Positions 1-15,858 are shown, numbered from the stretch's first letter. The stretch is 64,000 nucleotides of DNA from Chrysomallon squamiferum (GCA_012295275.1 CM022677.1:1302001-1366000), one strand, 5' to 3'. The notes: generated by a model from the letters alone, not told the origin. Made by a program: numbers and translations.

Positions 1-1084
1 GCATCAGACCGAACAGTGAAAGTGAAAGAAGAACATTCTAACTGAAAACCAAATCGTCCAGCTGTCAGAAATAAGTCTTTTGTCAATACGTAAGTAATAA
101 ATAATGTATACCGCGAGTTCAGTGTCTCATTAACGTGAATGAAATTGTTTTTTTTCACACAAGAACAGGTTTTAATGAATTATAACAAGAAATGTTGGAA
201 AAAATCTTACGTGAGCTGTTAATAAAATATTTAAATTAATTAACGGCGGCATTTTGGTTATTCAAGCTCTGGCGTAATTACTTTCGTAAGAAACTTGATC
301 TGCGTCAACAACTAAGACAACAACAACAACATTAACAGCGATATCAGTAACGACATCAGAAATAGCAACAATATCAGCTGCAACAGCAATATAATTTCAA
401 CAGGAGAATCAACCCAGGAACAAGAACAGTATCAGTGTGGGTAATAATAAAATAAACACACAAGAAGAAACGTGAGAATAAGAAACTAATCAAACATTCA
501 GCTTCTTTTTGATTAAAGATCACCGGCTGTTTAGAAAATTCTCCTGTTATAAAAGAGTGAATTCCACTGACAGCTGAATCAAACTTTAGTTTTGTCTTGC
601 GTCGCAGGTTTGCATATCAATAGGACTTTACCCACCAGTGACTTTCTAAAGTTCTGACGAAAACATTTAGCCTTGGAAAATGGCTCTTGTCAGAGTGGAT
701 TAAACAGTCATCTTCACGACAGCAGCTAAAACTAAAAACTCAGATTAAATGTTAAAATTTCTAGTAGCTTAAGGCAGTGAAATGTTTGGTTGTGGAACTG
801 AGAAGCATCAAAAAGCTCTCTGTTTCACATCTCCGCTATCAGAGATTCCTCGCCAGTCCCATCAAACGCATCTCCAACATTAAAGAATTCTCATAATGAG
901 CTTCAGTTAAAAATCGATCGTGTAGCGGCTTCATGATTGGAAAAATTGTTGATAAAACATCAAAGAATAGCCATTTGTAACACAATCATGGGATTAATAG
1001 CAGTTCCCCACGAGAATATACATGCAGAATGGTTTTCTTCAACTTCATTACAGTGTAAACAACAACTCAACAAAAACAATAGTG

Positions 1085-1201
<117 letters not shown>

Positions 1202-3310
1202 TATAATAATTATTTATTTTTCGATATTAAAACATTTTTATCATTCTTCAGCTTGTCGTATCTGTGCACATTTTTTGCTTTCTAAACTTAGTTCTGGACA
1301 TTTCATTAATAAAAGTTCTTTTTCTTGTCAAGAAAACTTATCTCCATTCACGTGACAGTTCAGTTCGAGGCCGTTAGGTTACAGGTAGAAGGCGACGCCC
1401 TGCTATTGTTTTTCAATTAACAAGTAGTCTAAACTTGACCATCGTTGATATTTTCAACAGGGATCATCTCAAAAATAACAAAACGATTCTTTAAATGGCT
1501 TACATTATTAAAGCAACAGTAAATGCTTTTTTCTTGTATTAATGATTGAATTCAACTAATGTATTTTAAAAATTAATATATATATATATATATACATACA
1601 TACACATACATTATTATCAGTATTATTTCTGCGACTTTAAATGGGAGGATGATGCAGTTTTATATGTCAGTAACTAATGGAAACTACTGTTGGTTAAAGT
1701 TTAATAGAAAATACTAGTTCTGTTCAATACTAATATGTAGAGTGAGGAATTGTCCGTTTACTAGTCGTAACTGCGGGCCCAGGGACTTCATTTTCTCGGA
1801 AGTACAGTTAAAACACGCGTATTAACATTGGGCATGTTTTCACATGTTAAATAGCACGTACATTAACGGAATCTCTAGTCGCCGTTCAGATACAATCTGT
1901 TGGTAACATTTTATACATAGCGTATGTGGAACAACTCATATACATAAGCCTCGAAATCGACTAGTAATCAGATGAGATCAGTGCATTAGTTAATGTAGAT
2001 CAAACACCTAAGCGACTGATATATATATAAATCTGTTGTCTATCATTAAGTCAGAAATAGCAACGAAATGGCAGAGATCGTACAGCGAATGAAAACAGAG
2101 TTTATATATCTGTAAAAGAAAATAATAAGGAAGATAGATGGAATGGTTAAAAAGAAGATGACTATTTTGTAAGAACTGTGAGTGTGATGGTAAAGAAGCT
2201 ATATTAAGTAACAGTGGACATTCTGCAGGCTGGTGTCATGTTTCAGATAAGAAATACCTCGTAGACGTAACTCTAGACGTAACTCTAAACAGACGTAAGG
2301 CGCGGTTAGACACGCACTGACTTTTCTCCAGACACCTAATTCGAAGGAAATGGAAGAAAACCTATTACATTAATAAAGTTAATATTTTAACAATATGACT
2401 TTATTACTGGATAAAAAAAATTATAAAATCAATAAGGGCTGAATGCTCCTTTCATATAGGACAAAATAATACATAGACTTCATTAATCAGGACAATAAAA
2501 CAATCGATTTTATTTGTCTGAATCCTGACAGCTATTTTATATTTTGATTTCAAAGTGTGTTTCTTTACTTATTTTCGCAGTCCTTCACAAATTTCTAATG
2601 ATCGTTGTTTTTATGTCGATCAAAATTTTATTTTCGCAGTTGAGTAGTTGATATGCATTTTCATTATTTCAGTTATTGTACTTTGTAAACCGAGAGTTCA
2701 AACACGGCGAGTGAAATGTATAACAATAATAATTAATAGAAAAACGTTTGCACGCAGGCATGCACGTGCACTAATACTACTAACAACCATTTTCATTACT
2801 GCTATCACTGCCACATATATATATATATATACTATTTTATTTAATATAATTAAACCAGATATATCTTGACTGTTGTCATACAGATGCTGATTACAGTTCT
2901 GAACACTGCTTTGAAAATCAGGCTGTTAGCCCTCACTTCTCACCACAAATGTGGTGTTTGCTTTAGGGAAATTTTTATTTGTTAAATAAAACTGTCTCAA
3001 AGTATGGTAGGTAGTACCTTTTGAGAATGAAAAAGACAGTTTTAATTTGTAATAAGAAGTTAAATATCTTGCATTCGTTACCTAAACTGTTTATAGAGAA
3101 AAATTATCGCCATGGTGTTTGAACACGTGTTTCGAGTTGTCTTAGTTCTGCTAGTCACTGCACTTTAGTTTAAAGTTTTACGTTTTATTTATTTAGCGAG
3201 GCACTGCTTCAATTACATACCAACCAAACACGCCCAGTAAAATAATTCTAACGTAGCTTTTCTCTCATGAACCTCTTAGGTCAAAAAAAAAAAAAAAAAA
3301 AAAATGTATG

Positions 3311-3376
<66 letters not shown>

Positions 3377-3791
3377 TTAGTAACTTTATTTCAAACCACA
3401 ATAAACTTTTTAATATTTTAATATTTAGGTTAACAGTATCAAATATATATAATGAGATATTAAAACCTGCGTTTCATTTACCACTCTTATTAAGTGGACG
3501 AGGTTTTTTGTTTGAAGTATATACCTACACGAAGGCTAGCATTGTGTTTAATGAAACTGGTACAAGCCAGGGTTTGATAACAGCTCAGCGTATGTAGTGA
3601 CAAACACTGATTTTTCAAAACAGAATATCAAATTTTATTTCCTCTTGTCGTTAAATTACACAGTACCGAAGCCATATTTTAAAACTTGTATGTCCTGGGC
3701 TGGCATCCTGGTAACTGTTTCACACGCACAGAAGTACTGCTCTTTCCTTTCTATTTAAATAAAATGATTTTTAAGATACAGTTAAAACCAA

Positions 3792-3887
<96 letters not shown>

Positions 3888-4443
3888 CAACATGCCGATC
3901 TTTGACAACATAGTGTTAAATAAATGAGGTAATTTTAAATTATAACACTTTATTTCCAGCAGGTCTTGTCCTGTCACAAACTTTGTGTTTGTGATTTCTC
4001 TAAACCAGCACTCAACATAAAGTGGCATATATCTTAACAGTCCTAAGTCAATAACATTTAGATACAAAAATAATACTTCAATAGACAGGGGAAAAAACAA
4101 CAAAAACCCAGATAAGGAAGGAAGGAAAGCAGCTCTAATCAGCTGGTCATGCTTGAAGAGTTTTACTGTTAGACTGTCTGCCGAACTTGTCCACAGCATC
4201 AGAAAGAGGAAACAGTCAAGTTGCATCACTTCTGTGAGTGGGCTGGATCGAGGATGCAATCTCTGAATCTACAAGACTTGAAGTTCAAGGCCTAACAACT
4301 GTAAAGTCGAGCTGGGTTTACGCAGAGCTTCAGGCATTTCTCAAATCGACTCAGATAGTTAACCTTTTCTAGCCCGAGGTTTCTCAGTGTACACACACTG
4401 ACGTAATTAGCTTGACTTTTACCTTTAAAACAAATCGAAGACT

Positions 4444-4578
4444 TGTATCTATCTATGAAATAATAGCTTGTTTGGCTACTGCAGCTGTATCTATCTATGA
4501 AATAATAGCTTGTTTGGCTACTGCAGCTGATGTATCTATCTATGAAATAATAGCTTGTTTGGCTACTGCAGCTGATGT
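4444..4578. repeat. 42-45 nt tandem repeat, 3 copies
   Basis: TGTATCTATCTATGAAATAATAGCTTGTTTGGCTACTGCAGC(TGA) x3. Confidence 0.9.
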
Positions 4579-4804
4579 TATCGGCAAAATTGAAAAATTC
4601 TAGCGACGTGACATGTTATTATTTTCTCAGTTACATAAGACTTGTTACAAAAAATTAACTCTGCTTGTTCGTGTTTTTAAAACATTCTCACTGGTGGGTT
4701 CATTATTAATACCTTTTTTCTTTAAAAAAAAGTTATTTCAAATCATTACTTTATTTATGTATGATTTAGCAATACTACAAACACACACACACACACGCAC
4801 GGAA

Positions 4805-5215
4805 GTATGTATGTATGTGTGCATGTATGTATGTATCTATATGTGTGTGTGCATGTATGTATGTATCTATATGTGTGTGTGTATGTATGTATGTATCTAT
4901 ATGTGTGTGTGTGTATGTATGTATGTATGTATCTATATGTGTGTATGTATGTATGTATGTATCTATATGTGTGTATGTATGTATGTATGTATCTATATGT
5001 GTGTGTGTATGTATGTATGTATGTATGTATCTATATGTGTGTGTATGTATGTATGTATCTATATGTGTGTGTGTGTATGTGTGTGTATCTATATGTGTGT
5101 ATATGTATGTATGTATGAATCTATATGTGTGTATGTATGTATGTATGTATCTATATGTGTGTGTGCATGTATGTATGTATCTATATGTATGTGTGCATGT
5201 ATGTATGTATCTATA

Positions 5216-5246
<31 letters not shown>

Positions 5247-5375
5247 ATGTATGTATGTATGTATGTATATATATGTATGTGTGTATGTATGTATGTATGT
5301 GTGTGTGTATGTATGTATGTATGTATGTGTGTATGTATGTATGTATGTATGCAAGTGTGTATGTATGTATATATC
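4805..5375. repeat. Compound (ATGT)n/(GT)n microsatellite
   Basis: Direct reading. Confidence 0.95.
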
Positions 5376-5993
5376 TGTAACTGCATGCAAGCAAACACAC
5401 ATATCTACACACATGCAGCTCCACTTCATATCATTATTAATCAATCTTCTCCTGTAGATTATTTTATATTAATAAACATGTAATATTGAAGAAATAACAA
5501 AAGATATATTTTTTTTTTTTTTTTTTTTAAAGTTACATACATAAATATTGCTAATAACTATCTGAGAAATTCAAAGATACAAATGTGACTGGAGAAGCCC
5601 ATGTGAAACTGAGTTTGAAAAACTCCAGAACAATGCGCTATGCTCTTTCTTGGAAAATGTCGAAAATATCCCTCAAAGAAAAATCACTGCCGAATTTCAG
5701 CGCACTGAATTTTCTTTCTGCGCTTGCTGAGGTCGTTTAACCAGTCTATGAACGCCGGAAGCACTTCTAGCCACACTACACCAATCAAAACGTGAGAGAA
5801 AATCCTAAACGAATTGTAATTTTTATTTCAGCTTACGTAACAGAAAAATGTTTTTATATATTCTTTGCTTTCCTTCGTTTATTTTGTTTTGTTTTAGGTA
5901 TTACAATAAAGAATTTGTACTGTAAAGTTACTACAGGGAGAATCAAACGCTTATTATTCATTTATATTTTTAGAATCTGTTTTTCTTTAATAA

Positions 5994-6044
<51 letters not shown>

Positions 6045-6370
6045 ATGAATGAATAAATGAAAAGGGAGAATGAAAGAAAATATACAGAAAAGAGAAAAGT
6101 ATTTTGCGTTTTCTTTTATAATCAATAAAAAATTCTAATTCAAAAGTAATCAGATGTTACATAATTTTACCTTAAGGTACAGTGCATGTAATAATCAAAT
6201 TAATAATTAAAATGAATGATGAAAAAGAAAACAATAAACCACGCTTCCAAAAAGCAATACAAAACAAATATAAATCCTCAGTGATTAGTCTTTGTAATGT
6301 TAGAATGAATCAAATTTACGTTACTCAACACAAACCGACAGACACATACACGCAAACACATACACACGCA

Positions 6371-6427
<57 letters not shown>

Positions 6428-6796
6428 GAAATAACAAAAAATTAATATAGTCTGCTATATCCTTACAATTCGTTACATCCAGCCCTGTTTTACGTAATAT
6501 CCGGTTGCTTCTATTGAATTACGTTGCTATGACGACGGACGTCACAATTAGTGTTTAAAAGTTGTAAACATTGGCTGTCATCTGCGTTAATACAAAGCGA
6601 CATACAGTGACTGTTTCTGCGTCTTTCCAATTAGAAACACGTGAAATGTTGCACTCAAAAAACCCAAGTCATTCTCTGTACTCGAAATAACGTCAGTGTT
6701 TGTAACGAGGTCAGATTTGATTAGCTCTGTTTTTCTTACTTCTTCTTTCATTCGTTCTTTTGCCTCTTTTTCTTTTCTCTTTTTTTCTTTTTTTTT

Positions 6797-6848
<52 letters not shown>

Positions 6849-6854
6849 AAGAAG

Positions 6855-6888
<34 letters not shown>

Positions 6889-7039
6889 AATACCATTCAT
6901 TGTTTATTACTATATGAGATTTTACTTTTGGGTTATCTTTGCATGTCAGAAATATTCATGATGTTGTTACTGTTGTTGCTTAGGACCCATATTTGTAAAA
7001 TTGAAAAAGAAGGATCATTACTACTGCTTCTTCAACAAC

Positions 7040-8059
7040 TATACAACAAATACTACTACTACTACTACTACTATTACTACTACTACTTTTGTTTCTGCTG
7101 CTACTACTACTACTACTGCTACTGCAACTACTACTACTATTACTACTACTACTACTGCTGCTGCTGCTGGTACTACTACTACTAATGCTACTGCAACTAC
7201 TACTGCTATTACTACTACTACTACTACTACTCTGCAGCTGCTGTTGTTGCTGCTACTAAAACTTCTACAACTACAGCCGTATATATTATTATTATTATTA
7301 TTATTATCTGGGATATATAAAACGATGTACTGTACGTGGTCAACAGCGACCTGAATCTAAACACTACCTCTACGAGCTAATATTCAGTTAGAAATGCAAT
7401 AGGGAACAGTTTAACCTTTGGAAAAAGAAAATGTAATAAAGAAAACCTCTCACTATAACCCAATTAGTTTCATAAAAATTAATTTAACCGATTTAAAGCA
7501 GCAGAATTGAGGTTAAATAGTTTGTGCTGTCTTCAGAGTAGAATGACTTTTTTTTTGAAATCGTAAAAGACGCTAAAATATAGTCCAGCTGATTGGAGTC
7601 ATCGTTTTTGTTATTCTTACACTACTACTACTACTACACTACTACTACCACTACTTCTATTACACTACTACTTCTACTATACTATTACTACTACTACACT
7701 ACTATACTACTACACTATTACTACTACTACTACACTACTACTACCACTACTTCTATTACACTACTACTTCTACTATACTATTACTACTACTACACTACTA
7801 TACTACTACACTACTACTACTACTACTTCTATTACACTACTACTTATACTACACTATTACTACTACTACACTACTATACTACTACACTATTACTACTACT
7901 ACTACACTACTACTTCTACTACACTACTATACTACTACACTACTACTACTACTACTACTACACTACTAGTTATACTACACTATTACTAACACTCACCACA
8001 ACTACTACACTACTACTACTACTACTACTACTACTACACTACTACTACTACTACTACTA

Positions 8060-8091
<32 letters not shown>

Positions 8092-8220
8092 ACATCACCA
8101 CAACTAGTTCTACTACTATAACTACTACTACTACAACCACTACTACTATTACTACTACAACTACTACTTCTTCTACTGCTACAACTACTGTTACTATAAC
8201 GACCACCAATACTAACAATG
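7040..8220. repeat. Two (ACT)n-type trinucleotide low-complexity tracts (~7040-7310 and ~7620-8220)
   Basis: Direct reading. Confidence 0.9.
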
Positions 8221-8657
8221 CAATTGTATTACTTATTACTTATTACTATAAATACCGAAAATATCATTTCTGATACAACTTTATCACTCTCTCTAGTACG
8301 ATTACTGTTACACAAACACAACAACCACCAAAGTCGCTTGTTTTCTAGCTTCTCGACACGAGCCGAAGGTTCGCTGTCGTTGGTGTGTTTACTAGTGTTT
8401 TAAATGCCAGAATTCCACCCGTCAGCATGAAATGCAACTGGAGCGGGGCTGGTATTTGCTCTTCAAACATATTTAATCCATTAGCACTGCGCGTTAAATG
8501 AGTGGATAAATACGAGATTCAAATGTAACACGGCAAATGAAACATGTTTCAGTCCGTACATTTTTCTTTTTTAATTAATACTGAAGCAAAGTACATGCTG
8601 ATCGGATAGGGTTCCCATGTTATCACTTTTCATTTCCACTGTTAGTTATGAATTAGG

Positions 8658-8688
<31 letters not shown>

Positions 8689-8723
8689 CATACATACATT
8701 TATACATACACACAGACGCAGAC

Positions 8724-8820
8724 ACAGTAATTTATATATATAATAAATCAGTTATGAATTAGGTATTTCATATAAATACTTAATTCATAACTGACTTATT
8801 ATATATATATAAATTACTGT
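8724..8820. repeat. Near-perfect inverted repeat (45/47-nt arms, 5-nt loop)
   Basis: ACAGTAATTTATATATATAATAAATCAGTTATGAATTAGGTATTT-CATAT-AAATACTTAATTCATAACTGACTTATTATATATATATAAATTACTGT. Confidence 0.9.
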
Positions 8821-8955
8821 ATCTATAAACGCATGTATGCATGTGTGTATGCATATATGTGTCTGCGTCTGTTTGTATGTATAAATGTATATATGTATAA
8901 ATTATATATATTCACGAATGCTCTCTCTCTCGCTTTGTGTGTGTATGTGTGTGTG

Positions 8956-8987
<32 letters not shown>

Positions 8988-10724
8988 TACATATGTGAGC
9001 GTGTGTGTGTTTACATGTGTTTGTGAATATTATTTATTTAACCTGTAACAACAAGAAATGAGGAAAAAATTGGAGGAAGTCTGAATTGAAATAATAAACA
9101 GTAGCATGTGAATATTTATTTTACACACAAAAACCGCTGAGTAATGAGCTTACTGTGTGCTGGTGCCGCCCAGGGGTGTGGCTGGGGAGTGTCACCGTGG
9201 TAGGTGAAGTAAGTTAGAAGGGTTGTTTAGTACAGAGTGATGTTACGAGCGGTTCTACAGATCAGGACATTTAAATGTTGTTTTAGCGAGTTTGACCACT
9301 GGAACATCGAGTTTGACAGCTTCCTTGATATAATTTGGAAATTGTTATTTATTTGTGACTTCTCTACAACTGGATGTATTGATGTGATGTTTTTTCTAAC
9401 AGAAGCTAACTTAGTGCGTCATGCATTAGCTCTTTAAGAAAATTGAATTTTCATTGCCTGCTGGACGAAAACGGAATTTTATAAACTTAATTTTGTTTTA
9501 TACTAGTCACCGGAATCATGTAGCACAAACATTTTTTTTTAAATAAACACAGACACACAGACAAACACATACATAACACAGACAGACACAGACAAACACA
9601 TACATAGCACAATATTACTGCTAAAGGGACTTTATTTCTTCTATAGGATAAAACTACATCATTTTTTTAAATCAATCAGTGAAAAATTGATTGGTATCTT
9701 TTCTTGTACTTTGCCAGAAAGTAGTAATAAATCACAATCGTCTTAAAGATAATCTGACTTATGTTACACAATGAATGAGTTTCTGCAGTAAAATTGTTTT
9801 ATTAATAAAAAGATAAAAAAGTTGTTCATTGTTATTTCCACCAGATAATCGGTTCCTGCGAGTCTAGCCAGGCTGTTTGCCTCCCTCCCTCTCCCTCTCC
9901 CTCTCTACCCTCCTCTATAGTTTCTGTCTGTACACGAGACAGAGGACGGCTAGTTGTAGTAACAATTACTTTAATAATTTTCATGTTCTGTTATGAACAG
10001 TTTGCACTTTTATGCACCGATTATTTCTTAAAAAGTGTGTATGTGTGTGTGTGTGTGTGTTGTGTTTGTGTATATATATATATATATATATATATAAAGA
10101 AGGATCGGAACTTTTTTATGCAAAGTAAATATTTTTTTCCACTTTTATAAAAAAATAAAACAAACTGAAACTGTGATTGGAAAAGTAAAGCGATCTATCG
10201 TAGCCAAAGCTGGTATCAAATGTTACAGTTAAAACGTGTTCATTCGATTCTGATTGACTAACTTGCTTGTTCGTTCATTGATTCTGTAGGCTGATGACAC
10301 GAATCAACTCTATATAGGTTTATCTTGTTAATCGAGCTGATTTTCGGAATTACCTCTTCGGATTAGGTTACATATTATTTTATTATTCGTGCTTATTTAC
10401 AATTTATCTTCTGGACAATGTTATTTACACAGATGGCCGGCGGCTACACACACATTATACGCTTCCTCGAGTTATTTGTGGAAAATCAGCCTCTTTTACC
10501 AAGATTATTCCAAAATTACATTTGGATAACTTCGAATTATCCCCACTTGTGTCGAGATATCGAACTGTATGTGAATATTTGCGAATTACCATTTTCGACC
10601 GATATTATTTACGAATTAACTAACTTGCTCCTGTGTTTGGAAGTTATCGCCTTTTCAAGATGCAAAATAAATTTTCTTTGTTTCTTTCCTGTCCTCTGTT
10701 CACCTCCGCCCTACCAACCAGCTT

Positions 10725-11548
10725 GTCTACCTGCTGCCTGGATTTCTCTACTCCTGTCTCTCTGTCTACCTGGATTTCTCTACTCCTGATTCTCTGTCTA
10801 CCTGGATTTCTCTACTCCTGTCTCTGAGTCTACCTACTAACTGGATTTCTCTACTCCTGTCTCTGAGTCTACCTACTACCTGGATTTCTTTACTCCTGTC
10901 TACCTAATATATGGATATCTCTACTCCTGTCTCTCTGTCTACCTGCTACCTGCATTTCTCTACTTCTGTCTCTCTGTCTACCTGCTACCTGCATTTCTCT
11001 ACTCCTGTCTCTCTGTCTACCTGGATTTCTCTACTCCTGTCTCTGAGTCTACCTACTACCTGGATTTCTCTACTCCTGTCTACCTAATATATGGATATCT
11101 CTACTCCTGTCTCTCTGTCTACCTGCTACCTGGATATCTGTACTCCTGTCTCTCTGTCTACCTACTATCAGTTCTTCTCTACTCCTGTCTCTCTGTCTAC
11201 CTACTATCTGTTTTTCTCTACTCCTGTCTCTCTGTCTACCTAATATATGGATATCTCTACTCCTATCTCTCTGTCTACCTACTACCTGGTTTTCTCTACT
11301 CCTGTCTCTCTGTCTACCTAATATATGGATATATCAACTCGTGTCTCTCTGTCTACCTAATATATGGATATCTCTGCTCCTGTCTCTCTGTCTACCAACT
11401 TCCTGGATTTCTCTACTCCTGTCTCTCTGTCTACCTGCTACCTGGATTTCTCTACTCCTGTCTCTGAGTCTACCAACTTCCTGGATTTCTCTACTCCTGT
11501 CTCTCTGTCTACCTGCTACCTGGATTTCTCTACTCCTGTCTCTCTGTC
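10725..11548. repeat. ~39-nt pyrimidine-rich minisatellite with shorter variants
   Basis: Unit CTACCTGCTACCTGGATTTCTCTACTCCTGTCTCTCTGT repeated about 20 times. Confidence 0.93.
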
Positions 11549-13342
11549 CACTTGACCGTCCGTCTCTCTGACTGTCCTCTCCTTCTACATTCTTCATTTC
11601 CCTGGGTCTTACTTTAATATACGTCCCAAACAAACACAACACACTAACTGTAAAGGCTGTCATTAAGACACTTTCAAACATATAATGTGAAATTAAAGCT
11701 CCATTACTGAATCGATTGTGGCTCGCGGGTCGCTACAAGCCGAGTTTTCTGTCCAGCGATACTCAATTAGCGAATATGACTTGCAGATACATACGACCCT
11801 TTCCGTGCGTACCGCGTGCAAACGACAATATCAAAGATACCAGACGACGCCGGAAACTATTCTTCCTTTCAACGTTTCGAGGCTATATCTAAGAATGCGA
11901 AGAACACTTGAATTTAGAACTGTGTTTCCATGGAGAATAGTTCATTTAGTTACTACAGAAAAAAAGTATGCGTGTTGTGTATGACGTCATTTGTCAGCGG
12001 TATCCTTGCACAAACTTTGTATTAGTTAATACTGGGGAAAAAATATCATCATCTCTCTCTCTCTCGTTTCCGATCGTTTAAATTTAATTTGCTCTCGCTT
12101 CTATATATGATAACAAATATATAAATAAATAAATAAAAATAAAAATAACTTTAATTACAATAACACAAAACAACAATAACATCAACGACAACAAAATCTA
12201 ACGCAAATCTCCAATAAATAACCAGATGGTAAATTAAGTAGAAAACGTAGTTATTCTCATGTAACCCAAGGGTTAACGGAATCGATCTCACAATCTGCTA
12301 TACCTCAGGCAGGTTTTCAAGAATGGAGCTTTTTTCTCCTCTCAAAGATAATTCAATTGGAAATTCTAAATGTACAATGACAAGCGAAGCCGTAGTTCAA
12401 GTCTTGTAGTTCCATAATGACAATGATATAGTGACGATGGTGATGATGATAATAAAAATAATTACATCATCAACAATACCAGCAACAACAGCAACAACCA
12501 TTTTCCTTTCGTATACATACCTGCGTTTATTTTTAATTGCATATATGTTTGTTAACTTACTAGAAAATAAAAATTAAACATACATGATAAACTGCCTCAG
12601 TGAGGCGGTTAAATTTATAACATGCTTATTAATTTAAAAACTACAGACGGACATCATGGAAAGATAAAAGTGGAAGATAAAATTTATTTTAAAAGTGATG
12701 CGCTGGTCCAAGAGAAATAAATTGTTTGCACAGAAAAATCATTACAGCTGGACAAAAGAACATCTACACAATTCTGTGGATATCTTTTTGTCAGCCAGTA
12801 TGAAAATATGTAGCAAACGCAAAATCTCTGTAGAACCTGGTGAGTTGATGATAAACCAGCGTCCATCGTTTCTTCAGTTAGTTCCAAAATAAATGTCCTC
12901 TCGTATTATCAGAAAAAATAAAACAAACAATTGTTCTAAAAATGCATTCAGAGCTTATGGATATTACTTCAGCTAATGGTATTACTGTGATCCCCACTAA
13001 CAGTGCACGGTTTATTAAATATCAGAATTATCAAGAAGAGCTGTCGAAACCAAGTTTAACGGAGACTTGCTTGTAAGTACGATTCTAGCAAATGGCAAAA
13101 TGAAAGGTCGAGATAAAATATGCATTAGAGTTTAAAGCTTTGCCCAAACCCAATTAAACAGCGAGAGTTTGGCACATGTCGCCGGTTGACATTCTCCAGC
13201 AATACACACGGCTCCGTCCTCTGTTGTATAACAATTATATTCCATTACTGCACACACTGACCTTTAGTTTGTAAACCTATACAATTAATTTATAAGCTTT
13301 CATGTACATGAAAACAAACACACACATATTCACACACACAGA

Positions 13343-13409
<67 letters not shown>

Positions 13410-13860
13410 ACACACATCTATATACGTTATATCAGCGGATTTAATTTAAGCCTTTTGTTTTTATATAATTACTGAATTTAGATTAGATATTTTGTTTGTA
13501 TACTTTGCTGGAATTATCGTAGATTTTTAGTTGACGTAATAGTACGTAATTAATTTTTTACATTTTGCTACAAATTAGCTTTTACTCCTGTGCTTATCTC
13601 ACTGCTGTAATTTACTGACTAATTTTGCTGTTTGAGGTTTGAGTAAATCTGGGTTGCTGAATCTAAGGGTGGGGATAGGAAAGATGGAATGACCGTTGCA
13701 GCTTTTATTTGTCTTAGTCATTTTGTGATTTACAAGGCAGAATTTCCTATATTAGTTAATTGTACTGCAAGGATTACGGAAAAAAAGAGACTGGATAAAC
13801 TCATTTTTCTTAATTAAACACAAACGGACTCTCTTGCACTAAGACAGAATGGCAACTTGC

Positions 13861-14015
13861 TAATCAGGAATGTTTAACAGCTAAGCTGGAAAGACCAGAC
13901 GATAATCAGGAATGCTTAACGTGAAGCTGGAAAGTCCAGACGATAATCAGGAATGCTTAACCGCAAAGCTGGAAGGACTAACCTGGAATGCTTAACGTGA
14001 AGCTGGAAAGACCAG
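13861..14015. repeat. ~41-nt tandem repeat, ~4 copies
   Basis: AATCAGGAATGCTTAAC..AAGCTGGAAAGACCAGACGAT. Confidence 0.8.
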
Positions 14016-14604
14016 TTGTTTTAAAAAAAGTAGACGTATTCTGAGAGCCTCTCTCATCTGATTATTATATATTCTGAACGATCATACTCATCCACTTGGC
14101 AGCTTACTCCCATAAATCATCCAATACATCCAATATAAAGACCTTTGATGGAGTTAGTTGATTGTAGCTCGAGGTGTAAGAAAATATTTATAAACCCTTG
14201 ACAATACCGGAGCCGTGCAACATCCACTTCCAAGATTAACGTAATAAAAAGAGGGAATGTAGCGAGCGCAGGAATAATAACGTCATTAAGAATTCATGAC
14301 GGTCGTATCACGGAGAATAATGTACATATAAATGAAGAATCTGCGGCTGTAATAAGTCTTTTCTCTCTTTCCTAACTCGCAATATTTACATCAGCTCCAA
14401 TTTGCCGTTTGTCAGTATGGTTAATCAGAGGACAAGAGAGGACGGAGAGAAACCAGCAGCATAGTCAGATGGCTAGGTGACCACAGCAACGCCGTTGTTA
14501 TGACAAAAGTATCCAAGCAATGAGTACGAGCTACAATCAGTCAAGGGATGAATTAGCTAGGTAGTGCTTATCGTAAGAGATCCGCTAAACAATTAACAAG
14601 TTGA

Positions 14605-14810
14605 CAAACCAGATAAACAATGATTAAAATAATGAACCAGCCAGGGAATTATTAATATAATGAACCAGATAAGAAATGATTAAGATAATGAATCAGCCAC
14701 GGAATGATTAAGATAATGTTCCAATCAGGGAATGATTAACATAATGACAAACCAAGGAATGATTAAAATAATGAACCAACCTGGGAAGGAATTAAGATAC
14801 TGAACCAAAT
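14605..14810. repeat. Degenerate ~28-nt tandem repeat
   Basis: GGAATGATTAAGATAATGAACCAGCCA-like units, about 7 copies. Confidence 0.7.
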
Positions 14811-15858
14811 AGTTGGATGAATAGTTAGAGAAATAATGAACAAACCAGTCAGTGGGTGAAGCATCTAGACAATTTTTTTTTTTAAATATTAGAGAAATAA
14901 TGAAACCAGCTGGATAAATAACTACTGCAACTAGACCAGCTATAAAAATAGCGAAGCACGTAGTGAAGCGATCTCCTTGTGTTTAGCCAACTAAGCATTC
15001 GACCGACTGATTCAGTGTTAAAACTCATAAAAGAACGGTTTCACTACTTGGTCAATTATCATCCGCACAACAATAAAGTAGCAAAATATGTGAACACTGG
15101 AATTAAATATTAATGTTTGAAAGCGAAGAACCGACTTGTTGAAATAATACAACAGTTGTACTGTTCGGTCAAGTTTCCATTGCAGCTTTCATTTGTCTTC
15201 GTCATTTCATGATTTACAAGCCAGAACTGCCTATGTATCTTTTGTTCCGCTTCTTTATTTTTCACCTTGACATTAATTACGGAAAATGTTTGTACTGTTA
15301 ATACACGTTACGATACAACACATTAATAAGATGTAATTATAGTGTACATAACCAGTAATAAGGAAAACGCTAATTTGTCGTAGTTTAAACAAACATATGC
15401 GTGATGAACCTGGACCTGCAGGACATCGATAAGCAATGTGTCTGCCACTGGATGTGACATTAAGTGTAACAAGTATAGCACTTTTTTTACTTTTTTACAT
15501 ACGAATGAGAAAAAAAGAAAAAAAAAAAAAAAAACCACCTAACAATAGAACGACTGTTATAAAATAATTTTTGCTAGTAGGAGTTGACACATCAATTGCT
15601 TTTTCTGTTTTTAGTATTGGTGTTATTACTACTATTACTATTACTACTACTGCAACAACTACTACTATTATTACTATATCTACTATTACTATTACTACTG
15701 CTTACTACTATTTCTACTACAATTATGAATACTACAACTTCTACTACTACTACTACTAATAATAATAATAACGATAATTATAATAATGATATGAAAACAT
15801 AAATAAAAAATACCCACAAAAACTAAGGCATATTTTATTGTTGTTGTTGTTGTTGTTG

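Noticed and set aside
631-725. AG..GT-bounded open segment on the minus strand as RasGRF exon 2
   Set aside because: The open frame (CCREDDCLIHSDK...) has the wrong phase and no PH-domain similarity.
11334-11681. RDRSRE-rich ORF resembling an SR protein
   Set aside because: Translation of the 39-nt minisatellite; no RRM or exon structure.
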